From positions 9,340,423-9,377,544 of the forward strand of contig NC_057757.1 in assembly GCF_004010195.1 (NCBI RefSeq): a stretch of DNA of 37,122 nucleotides, written 5' to 3'. The notes under the pieces are model-generated. The model had not been told where the DNA came from. It ran no database searches and saw only the letters and a program-made list of their open reading frames with translations. The stretch's first letter is position 1, and each line of letters begins with the position of its first letter. Positions 1 through 11,300 of the stretch are shown in pieces. This DNA comes from Chiloscyllium plagiosum. Its lineage: Eukaryota. A program made the position numbers and the translations under genes.

Positions 1-1130
1 CCCATCGATAACTCTTGCCCTGTGGCATGTACCTATCCCTTTCCATAGCTAAACTAAATGTAACTGAATTATGGTCACTCTCTCCAAAGTGCTTACCTAC
101 AACTAAATCAAATACCTGGCCTGGTTCATTACCAAGCACCAGAGCCAGTGTGGCCTCCCCTCTTGTCAGCCCTTCGACATACTGTGTCAGGAAACCCTCC
201 TGTACATATTGGACAAAAACTGATCCATCCGACATACTGGAGTTATAACATCTCCAGTCAATGTTGGGGAAGTTAAAGTCCCCTATAATGACCACCCTGT
301 TCCTTTCACTCCTACCTAGAATAACTATGCTAATCCTCTCTTCCACCTCCCTGGAACTCTGCAGAGGCCTATTAAAAAAAACTCCCTGCAGTGTGACCTC
401 TCCTCTCCTGTTTCTAACCTCAGCCCACACTACCTCAGTAGACGAGTCCTCATCAAAAGTTCTCTCAGCCACCGTTATACTATCCTTGACTAACAAGGCC
501 TCACCTCCCCCTCTTTTACCATCTTGCCTGTTCTTAATGAAAGATCTAAACTCTGGAACCGGCAACATCCATTCCTCACCCTGTTCTATCCATGTCTACG
601 AAATGGGCACAACATCGAAGTCCCAGGTACCCATCCATGCTGCAAGCTCACTGACCTTATTTCGGACACTTTGGCGTTGAAGTAGACACACTTCAAACCA
701 GTTTGCTGTCTGCCAGCACATTCCTGTGACTCTGAAATTCTGTCCCTGTCCTCCCTACTGTCATCCTCCTGTGCACTGTAACTACACCTCCAGTTCCCAT
801 CCCCCTGCTGAGCAGTTTAAACCCACCCGAATAGCACCAGCAAATTTTCCACCCAGGATATTCGTACCCCTCTGGTTCGAGTGAAGACTGTCCTGTTTGT
901 ACCAGTCCCACCTTCCCCAGAATGAGCCCCAATTATCCAAGTACCTGAAACCCTCCCTCCTGCACCCTTGCAGCCACGTGTTCAGCTGATACCTTTCCCT
1001 ATTCCTTGCCTCGCTATCACGTGGCACAGGTAACAAGCCAGAGATAACAACTCTGTCCTAGCTCTCAGCTTCCACCCGAGCTCCCTGAAACCCTGCCTTA
1101 CATCCCTATCCCTCTGTCTACCTACGTACC
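1..1130 (-). mobile_element. CR1/HER1-type LINE fragment: ORF1 esterase-like C-terminus plus ORF2 AP-endonuclease (decayed)
   Basis: Minus strand 782-1036 reads NTWLQGCRREGFRYLDNWGSFWGRWD..DSLH, typical of the CR1 ORF1 SGNH/esterase domain. Below 695 it reads CVYFNA..GKRGGG..IGDFNFPNIDW..SDHN, typical of the APE domain, with stops. Confidence 0.88.
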
Positions 1131-1914
1131 CACGTGAGGCTTGAGGCTTGTCACCCTCTCCCTTCAGGACCCCAAAGGTACGATCCGAGTCTTCAGTCTT
1201 CCTTTCTCACTCTCTCTGTCTCTCTTTTTCAGTCTTTCTCTCTCTCTATCTGTCTCTCTACCTCCCCTCACTCTGTCTGTCTCTCTCCAGAGAGCATTTG
1301 GTTATCTTGTCCATCTCGGCTAGTGCTATTAACTGAGCGAGTAGACCCCAGACTCCAATCTGGCCTGATAGATTATGTTTTATTTAATGAGGTGATCTTT
1401 CACTGAAACAGAAGCACACAATGCTGCAGATCTGGTTTTATCGGTAAATCACAAGTGTTTTGCTGAAAAGAAGATAAAATGTACTCCAATTTTAGGGAAG
1501 GAAATTCTCTATCATGTTTTATGGAGTTGACCTATCTTCCAATTCTGAGCACTGAGGGTCTAATAGTGTCTGCCTTGAGCATTCACACAATTATGATTAG
1601 ATTTTCCCTGCTTCAGGGGAATAACCCCTTTTTAGGGTTTAACGAAATATCTGGTTGAGCACTTCCAAACTACAATTCTTACACTGAAGTAATCTATTTT
1701 GTAACTTTTTAAAACTGTTTGGACTCTGAGAAACTGTTTTGTGCATTCACTTTCAATCGGGACTTCTGTAAACTGAAACCACAAGTCTTCCTCTTGATGC
1801 TTTCCCGAAGCAAACCATTCCATTTCTTACCTTTGTAGTGAAAGTAGGTGAATGCTACTCAATGTTCATTCTGTCTGCTCCAAAATAAATTCACATTAGC
1901 ATGTCAAGAACCCT

Positions 1915-2004
1915 CTCCCTCTTCTCCCCCCACCTTCTTTTCTCTCTCTCTCACTCTGTCTCTCTCTCTCACTCTGTCTCTCTCTCTCACTCTGTCTCTC
2001 TCTC

Positions 2005-2043
<39 letters not shown>

Positions 2044-2075
2044 ATGGCTCTCTCTGCCTTCCACTCTCTCTGTCA
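1915..2075. repeat. (TC)n-type microsatellite (a smaller one at about 1200-1290)
   Basis: Runs of TCTCTC interrupted by TG/AC. Confidence 0.95.
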
Positions 2076-2251
2076 TAACAGGCACTGGTTCACTCCATGG
2101 GATGTACCTGGCAGTTGTTTGTTGTTAATGGGAAGCCTCAGTGTGGAGGGTGCTGCTCCCATGCAGAGAGACTCGTTTCAGTGATAGTTGTGGGGGACCC
2201 CGCGAGCTGCCCAGTGGGGGACAGTGTTTAATTTCCACACTCTGTTCACAG

Positions 2252-2344
2252 GGAGGCGATGATTGTGAAGCGATCCGGGGGTCACCGAATTCCTGGTCTA
2301 AACTGCTGCGGGCGACATAAAGTCTGCTATCAGTGGTCAAAGAG
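2252..2344 (+). CDS. PLD2: PLD2 exon (PH domain start): [31 protein letters not shown]
   Basis: Acceptor ttcacag|G, donor AG|gtcagt, 93 nt. Contains the di-cysteine palmitoylation motif known from PLD1/2 PH domains. Confidence 0.95.
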
Positions 2345-5300
2345 GTCAGTCCAGTTTGAAACCTTCTACACTTTGGTAAAGACATCACAAATGTACGGGT
2401 GAACTGACCTCTCAGTCGGGAGTGACCTGCTGTGTCCGTGGACAGGAGCTGATACTGAGATACGCTCCCATGGGACTGGACAATACCAGTCGGGAGTGAA
2501 TCGTTCCTTTTTGGAGATGTTTTGCTGTAGCTTTTCCCTTCGCACTCAGACTGATCCAGGAGCGCCAAGTTTAAAACAATCACAGCAGTTTATATTGGAG
2601 ATGGGGAAAGAGGGGGCTGTTAGGTCGGCAAGTGGGCTGATGGGATGAGACGTTGCCATGGTGAGAGCCGTGGGGGAACCACAGGCTCTTGTCAAGTGCA
2701 TTTTGGTGAAAGATACAGTGAGAAGTGCTATATAGTGTCGCTGTTATCCGGCGTTATCGTAAAACGCAGAGAAATAAAGCGAAATCTAATGGCAGAAGAA
2801 TAAAGAACTGATGAAATTCAGCTTTGCGGTCCTGGCTAAGTGCTGGCCCACAGGCCTGACAGCCAGGCACGAGTCCCCTTTGCGCTGTCATTGTCGCTGG
2901 AATGCAAGTTGCCATCTCGCATCGAACCTTGCGCTTGGGCGGCACGGTGGCTCAATGGTTAGCACTGCTGCCTCACAGTGCCAGGGATCCGAGTTCGAAT
3001 CCCACCCTCGGGCGACTGTCTGTCAGAAGTTTGCACATTCTCCCCGTGTCTGCATGGGTTTCCTTCAGGTACTCCGGTTTCCTCCCACAATCCAAGACGT
3101 GCAGGTTAGGGTGGATTGGTGATACTGAATTACCCCATAGTGCCACAGAGATGTGTAGGCTAGGCGCATATGTTTAGGGGGTAAATGTAGAGTAATAGGG
3201 GAGGGGAATGGGTCTGGGTGGGTTGCTCTTCGGAGGGTCGGTGTGGACTTGTTGGGCCAAATGGCCTGTTTCCACACTCTGGGGATTCTTTTAAAAAAAA
3301 AACATTCATGCAAAGAATAGCGGGAATTGATTGTTTGAAATGTGGCATTCTTGCATCGTTCCAAATGGGCTGTGAGACAAAATAGAGTAATAGGGGAGGG
3401 GAATGGGTCTGGGTGGGTTGCTCTTCGGAGGGTCGGTGTGGACTTGTTGGGCCGAATGGCCTGTTTCCACACTCTGGGGATTCTTTAAAAAAAAAAATTC
3501 ATGCAAAGAATAGCGGGAATTGATTGTTTGAAATTTGGCCCAAATGGGCTGTGAGACAAAATCTTCGCCAACATTGTGTCTTTTCAGCAACATTGCACAA
3601 TATTGCAACATTCTTATCATTCCCAACTTTATGTCAACCGTGTGCTTCCTGTCTGCCTGAGTAAACCACTTTTCCTCCCAGTATTTTATGACTTTTACAA
3701 ATGAAAGAACACTTTACAAATGAAGTAAATTGAGTTATTTATTTTTGTAAAGTATTATGCCCTTTTGAGATTTGGCATTCTTGCAAAAAGTAGTGGACAG
3801 CGCAGAGGGTTACCTCCGATTACAGCAGGATCTTGACCAGATGGGCCAATGGGCTGAGAAGTGGCAGATGGAGTTTAATTCAGATAAATGAGAGGTGCTG
3901 CATTTTGGGAAAGCAAATCTTAGCAGGACTTATACACTTAATGGTGAGGTCCTAGGGAGTGTTGCTGAACAAAGAGACCTTGGAGTGCAGGTTCATACCT
4001 CCATGAAAGTGGAGTCACAGGTAGATAGGATAGTGAAGGCGGCGTTTGGTATGCTTTCCTTTATTGGTCAGGGTATTGAGTACAGGAGTTGGGAGGGCAT
4101 GTTGCGGCTGTACAGGACATTGGTTAGGCCACTGTTGGAATATNNNNNNNNNNNNNNNNNNNNNNNNNNNNNNNNNNNNNNNNNNNNNNNNNNNNNNNNN
4201 NNNNNNNNNNNNNNNNNNNNNNNNNNNNNNNNNNNNGAGGCATTTGGATGGGTATATGAATAGGAAGGGTTTGGAGGGATATGGGCCAGGTGCTGGCAGG
4301 TGGGACTAGATTGGGTTGGGATATTTGGTCGGCGTGGATGGGTTGGACCGAAGGGTCTGTTTCCATGCTGTACATCTCTATGACTCCAAGAGATGAAACG
4401 TCTCGATTACCAGCGATAGTTTGGTTCAGGGATGTGTAGGTTAGATGCATTAGTCAGGGGAAAATAGTGGATAGGGGAATGGGTCTGGACGGGTTACACT
4501 TCGGAGGGCCGGTGTGGACTTGTGGGCCGAATGGCCTGTTTCCACACTGTGGGGATTCCACAGGAAAAACATACTCGAGTTCAGTGTCGATGCATGGTTT
4601 GGAGCTGTTAGACTGGAGATGGCTGAAGCCATTTTGGAGATATTGTGTTGCTTCGGAGTAACTTGTCCTTTTTCTTCCAGGTGGATTGTCATAAAGGATT
4701 CTTTCCTTCTGTACATGAGGCCTTCGAACGGGATCATCTCCTTTGTGCTTCTGTTTGACAAGGGGTTCAACGTCCAAGTTGGTAGCAAGGAAACAGGCAC
4801 GAAATATGGAGTGATGATTGAAAATCTGTCCAGGTTCAACCTCTTGTCCTTTTTGATCTGTTTCCCCGGTCTCTCTCTTTCTCTTGCTTGGAGGGGGATA
4901 GGGACAGAAGGAGGCCATTCAGCCCCCCCCCCCGGCACCCATGCTACCATTTGAAGTGGGTTCCCCCTTTTAGAGAGAGGCTGCCTCAGGTGGGCCCCGC
5001 ATACTGCCTACACCCAAGTAAGATCTACTATAAGTTGCTCCAAAACAAAATCGTGGAGACATTCTATGAGCTCTTTTTTTGAGATCCACCACCAACCTGT
5101 TTTTCCCTGTCCGCCTGCGAATTGAAGGACCCCCCCATGATTTTTGTAATAGTCCCCTTTCTTGTATGGATTTTCTAGCTCCTGATTTATCTACTGCCCC
5201 ACATCATGACTACTGTTGGGAGGCCTGTATATAATTGCCATCAGGGTCAATTATACAATCCCTACAACAGTATGGAAACAGGCCGTTCGGCCTAACACCG

Positions 5301-8300
5301 ACTTTCCGAAGAGTAACCCACCCAGACCCGTTCCCCTACCCTGCATTTACCTTGCGCTAAGAGGCAGCAGTGCTAACCACTGAGTCACCGTGCCACCCCG
5401 AATAAGTGTGGACCATTCCAGTCCTTTAAGGTAGTTCTGCCATTCAATAAGGTCAAGGCTAGTCTATGGCTGACCTCCCTTTACCCATGTCCCTTAATAA
5501 CTTTGCTTACTAGAAATTTATCGATTGTAGATTTAAAATTAACAACTGATGCACTGCGTTTGTGGAAGGAAGTACCTTCCTTTGTGTGGGGAAGGTTTAG
5601 GGTGAGAAGGGAAAGATATAAAAGCAACTTTTTCACGCAGAGAATGGTATGTGTATGGAATGAGCTGCCAGAGGAAGTGGTGGAGGCTGGTACAATTACG
5701 TTTAAGAGGTGTCTGGATGGGTATATGAATAGGAAGGGATTGGAGGGATATGGGCCGGGTGCTGGCAGGTGGGTTGGACCGAAGGGTCTGTTTCGGTGCT
5801 GTCCATCTCTATGATTCTAAGTACTTCCTCAGAAACGATCTGGCCCTAATTCTCAAGCTATGCCCCCTAGTTCTAGAATGCTTTGTCTTTTCCCGTTAAT
5901 ATCCTGAAGACTTCGATCCAATCGCCTCTTCATCATCCAAATTCTCAGGAAGGCAGGCCTTGTTTGCATAAACCTCTCCTCCTAACTGAGTCCCTGGAGT
6001 CATTGGGACTCTGAGCAGGAACGTTCGGGAGGTGGTGAAGTCTGAGACAGCAATGGAGCTCCCAAACGTTGACAACTCTCACTGACGTCGCAATAATATT
6101 CAAGCCTCGAAATGAGTTGGCGCTTTGGTTGGGTGAGGAAGGGTCTGGATGAGGTGTCGGTGATGTGGAATTAAAGGCTCGGGAAGACCTGACGGAGAAA
6201 TCGTCTTTGACGAAGAGAGGAGGTGACTGGACGGAGCAGTAGCGTTCACGTGGACGTTTCCCTGGAGAATCGGACTCGGTTTTGGTCCCCTTCAGGAGCA
6301 ATGTTGGAGCCAGATCAGAGGAGGTTCACTCGATTTTGAATCCGGAGGTCAGGGGTTTGCCTCCCGAAGAGAGGTTGAGCAGTTTAGGCTTATACTCTCT
6401 GGACAGGATTGGAGAGGAGATCTAATTGAGCGATAAAAGAGTCTGAAGGACATTGACCGACGTAGACGTAGAGAGGATGTTTCCTCATGTGGGGCAATCT
6501 AGAATGAGGAGTCCCAGTTTTAGGACAAGGGGGAGCAGATTTATAACAAAGGAATTGAAGAACTGTTTCTCTTGAAGATTTGTGAATCTGTGGAATTCAC
6601 TGCCCCAGAGTGAGGTGGATGCTGGGACTCTGAGTAAATTTAAGGATGGATTTTTAAAATTAGTAGTGGGTTGAAGGGTTATGGGGAGAAAGATCGGAAA
6701 GTGGAGTTGAGGCCGAGATGAGATGGGCAGCGCAGGCTGGAGGGGCTGAATGGTCTCCTACTCCTAAAGGCTCTTTTGTTCTTGATGGACTGGTTGGACC
6801 TGTTTCCGAGCCACGCCCCCATAGTCATGAGGAAGCCCCAGTGTCATTTTCTTTTTAAAGTACTCATTCACGGGATGAGGGGACTGCTGGCTGGATAGTG
6901 TTCATTGTCTGTCCCTAATTGCCCAGAGGGCAGTTAAGAGTCAACCACATTGCTGTCGGTCTGGAGTCACATGTAGGCCAGATCGGTCAAATACGGTCAT
7001 TATTTAGTCGTCACTAGACTCATCAAATACGGTCATTATTTAGTCGTCACTAGACTCATAATTCCAGATTTTTCTTTTCCCCCTTTATTGAATTCAAATT
7101 CCACCATTTGCCATGGTGGGCCTCAAACACCGGCCCCCAGAGCGTTCCCTGGGTCTCGGCGATCGTACCGCTGAGCCATCGTCTTCCCTGGAACCTCCAG
7201 CAAAAAGCTCCTTCGGCCACTCTCTGACAGTGATGAGTCCGACAGCAACACCCTGGTCTGTATTAATGCTGTTCTTTTTGTGTCTTGCCCTCAGGACTCT
7301 GATCATTAAATGCAGCAGCTATAGGCAGGCCTGTTGGTGGAAACAGGAGATAACTAATCTGGCTGAGAGACACGCCCAGGATTTCCTAACCGAGCACCGC
7401 TTCGACTCCTTTGTCCCCGCTCGACACGACATCCAGACGCGATGGTAACTATCCCAGCAGCCTCCTGGCTACACTCTGTTTCATTTTCCTTCTCAGTCCT
7501 CCAGGTAAACTCCAGCGGATGGTCAGCCATGATCGTATTGAATATTGCAGGAGACCTGAAGGACCCACGCCCTGTTTTGTGTTTCTGTGAAGGGGGAGCA
7601 GGCTCAAAAGGGCTGAATGGCCTACTCACACTCCTGTTTTCTGTGTCTTTTTGTTTGGAGGTTTGTGAATGGCAGTGAATACTTCTCTGCTGTCGCTGAT
7701 GCTTTGGAGCAAGCCAAGGAAGACATTTTCATTGCGGATTGGTGGTGAGTGAGTTGATTTTGTTTTTGTGTGTGTGTGTGTATATAATTTTCCATCGTAG
7801 AATTCTCCAGAGCAGGTGGAGACAATTTGGCCCATCGTATTCGGGCCAGCTCCTCAAACGCGCTATCCATTGAGTGCATTGCTTCCCCCCACCACCATTA
7901 TCCAGCTATTTCTGAGATCTCCCCTCAGAAACTTCCAGAACTAAACAAACAGTTCTCCCCACTGGGTTCATTTGCTGATTGTCTTCAACCTGTGACCATT
8001 GGTTCTCGATCCTTTTGGGAACAATTTATCTCTGTGTTCGCTCTGGCTAAGCCCCTCGTGGTTTTCAACACCTTGAAGAAATCTCCTCTCTACTTTCTCA
8101 TCTCCCAGCGAGTGTTCCCAATCTCTCTCCATCACCGATGTTCCTCATCCCTCCAAACCGCTCTCTGCAATCTATTGCACGTCCTTCCTGATGTTCCTCA
8201 TCCCTCCAAACTGCTCTCTGCAATCTATTGCACATCCTTCTTGATGTTCCTCATCCCTCCAAACATCTCTCTGCAATCTATTGTGCGTCCTTCCTGATGT

Positions 8301-11300
8301 TCCTCATCCCTCCAAACCGCTCTCTGCAATCTATTGCGCGTCCTTCCTGATGTTCCTCATCCCTCCAAACATCTCTCTGCAATCTATTGCACATCCTTCC
8401 TGATGTTCCTCATCACTCCAAACCGCTCTCTGCAATCTATTGCGGGTCCTTCCTGATGTTCCTCATCCCTCCAAATATCTCTCTGCAATCTATTGCACAT
8501 CCTTCCTGATGTTCCTCATCCCTCCAAACATCTCTCTGCAATCTATTGCGCGTCCTTCCTGATGTTCCTCATCCCTCCAAATATCTCTCTGCAATCTATT
8601 GTACGTCCTTCCTGATGCTTCCTGCACTTGAGGGTCTGCAGGAGAAAGTTAAAAACGGATTTTACTGTTAGCAAAACAGATTTTAGCAAAGAAACCCAAA
8701 CATGTAAATGGAAAGCAGGAATTTTCAGCAGTGCTTCGCCTGAGGCCCACTGAAGATGTTACCTAGTATGGTGACGAAACGTCTGGAAATGAGCCTTCCA
8801 GCTCAGCGAGCAAACCTACATCCAAACCCGCAACCTGAGCTACAAATCTTCTCAAAACTCGCTAAGATTTGAGCTTCTTTGTGATTCTGGCTGTCTATTT
8901 ATTCATGGAATTTGTGCATCGCTAAGGGGGCGGTGTCGAGCTGGAGGGTTGGATCTGGGAATGGGGTTGGGAGTGGTGGCGCGGGTAATGAGGAAACTGG
9001 TGAAGTCGTTGTTGATGCCATGTGGTTGGACGATCCCAAGGTGGAACTCCACATCTACTTCACCGGTTTCCAAATCTCCCCTCGCCCAACCTCATCCCAG
9101 ATCTAACCCTCCAACCCAGCACCACCCTCTTGACCTGTCCTACCTGTCCACCTTCCTTCCCACCTATCCACTCCACCCTCTCCTCTGACCAATCACCATC
9201 ACCCTCCCACCTACATTCACCTATTCCCTTCCCCCAGCCCCACCTCCATCCCCCTATTTATCTCTCAGCCCCCTTCTCCTCCACATTATTCATGAAGGGC
9301 TTATTCCCCAAACGTTGACTCTCCTGCTCCTCGGATGCTGCCCGACCTACTGTGCTTTTCCAGCCTTTTCCTGCTCCGGCATCTGCCGTCCATGCTTTCT
9401 CCTGACAATGCAACCTCCCTGACCCTTCGTCCTGATCTTAATGCCCTCCCGTCCTGCCCAGGGTCACCAGTTGTCCTTCTGTGAGTCATGTGGAGCAGTG
9501 ATTTTCTGGATTATGCTGACTCCCATCGCTTCTCATTTGTAGGCTGAGTCCCGAGATCCACCTCAAGAGACCTGCCAGGAGCAACTACTGGAGACTGGAC
9601 AGGCTTCTGAAGCGTAAGGCAGTGAGTAAGGCCCCGGGCAAAGGGACGCAAGGGCTTTACCATTTTAGCGCGGGTGCACGGGTTCAGAGATTTTCAGAAT
9701 GTGGGCATTGTTCAGTCCAGTGTTCGTCCCTCGTTCCTAGTCACCTGCCAACTGAGTGGCTTGTGAGAGCCATTTTAGAGGTCAGTTAAGAGTCAGCCAT
9801 GTTGCAGCTCAGCGTATCGGCCCAGACTGGGTAAGGAGGGAAGATTGCCCTCCCTGAAGGGCATGAGTGAACCAGATGGGTTTTCACGGTCAGTCGAGGA
9901 TAGTCTCATTGTCACCGGCGCTAAAGCAAGCCTTCAGTTACAGATTTATTCCAATGGCATGAATGGGATTCAATCCAGTGTCTCCAAAACGTGATCCCCA
10001 GGATTACTCACCCATCGTCCCTGGAGGACTTGATTGGAGAAATCGGGGCGTCGTTGTTGGAGAAGAAGAGGGGATTTGTTGGAGGTATTCCTGACAAGAG
10101 TAGAGAGAGAGAGAGAGAGACACAGTTTCCATTATTGAGGTGACCAAGAGCCAGAGGGCCCCTGATTTAAGGTAGTCATCAAAATAACATTGATAGGATG
10201 GAAGAATGTCTGTGTGCAGCACACACACTCTTGGCCCTGATCTCCAGCATCTGCAGTCCTCACCACAGGCCCTGGAATACACTGCCTGAATCTGGGGGTG
10301 GGGGGGGGGGTGGGAACAGACTCAGTTCAGAGGGGCATTAGATCTGCAGAGATAAAATTGCAAAGTTGAGTTGGGGGTGGTGTCAAAGAGCTGCTTTTTT
10401 CAAGGGCTAGCACGAGCATGACCTGCTGAGTGGCCTCTTGGCATGCGTTAACAGTTCCAGAACTCAAGGGGCTTTGGAGCAAGGGGACAGTCGTGGGATT
10501 GGCAATGGTGCTGTTGTTAGACATTGTTTTGTTTCTCTCCTGTGCCCTAAAGCTGAGGGCAACACTAAGTGTTGTCCTGACGATACAATTCTGCCGATGG
10601 AACAGGCGAGTACCCCCAGCGGTTTCAGAAGAAGGATCCCCCTTCCCGTGTTTGAGTTTATTTGAGAGGTTTCGCCCTAATACAAACCTACGCGGGGCTT
10701 ACAAGAAGTCAACTCAGACTGAGACTTCACCCTGATGAGAGAGGTCCCTGCCAACGGGAGTCTCGAATCTTATTGGTGGGCAGCACATATGTCCCTCTCT
10801 AGCAGCCCCTGGGTTGGCAGGAGGTCAGAGTGCCCACAGAGCGAGCTCCCAGCAGAAAGCAGTACTCAGCAGGTCTGGCTGAGTCTGGATGAGTGCTGTT
10901 GAGCTCCCTGGCCTCCCTGACCTCCCTGGCCTCCCTGGCCTCCCTGGCCTCCCTGGCCTCCCTGGCCTCCCTGACCTCCCTGACCTCTCTGACCTCTCTG
11001 ACCTCCCTGGCCTCACTGACCTCCCTGGCCTCACTGACCTCACTGACCTCCCTGGCCTCACTGACCTCCCTGGCCTCACTGACCTCCCTGGCCTCACTGA
11101 CCTCACTGGCCTCACTGACCTCACTGACCTCCCTGACCTCACTGACCTCACTGACCTCCCTGGCCTCACTGACCTCACTGGCCTCACTGACCTCACTGAC
11201 CTCCCTTGCCTCACTGACCTCACTGACCTCCCGTCAGCAGTTAGCAAGGTCAAGGGGCATTAGCGATGGACAGGGTTAGAGAAAGGGTGGAGGGTGAGGT

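Noticed and set aside
1130..2251. An additional upstream PLD exon (EFLxVSxLSF..GxKG type)
   Set aside because: I found no matching translation bounded by AG/GT, so it probably lies upstream of the window.
2937..3010. tRNA genes at SINE heads (also 36205, 31160-31238, 20540-20610)
   Set aside because: The A/B boxes continue directly into a V-domain and LINE-like tail, so these are SINEs rather than tRNAs.
6010..6300. CpG-containing stretch with TGACGTC and CACGTG as an internal promoter
   Set aside because: These are short motifs expected by chance, wedged between LINE remnants, with no clear CpG island.
8137..8617. 53-bp repeats as CRISPR or a coding repeat
   Set aside because: There are no spacers, the period is not a multiple of 3, and the array lies in a decayed CR1.
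10825..11279. Collagen-like or low-complexity ORFs (GLPGLP, LASLTS, RSVRPG)
   Set aside because: They are a by-product of a 9-bp repeat that is open in several frames. There are no splice signals or unique domain, and the region is intronic.
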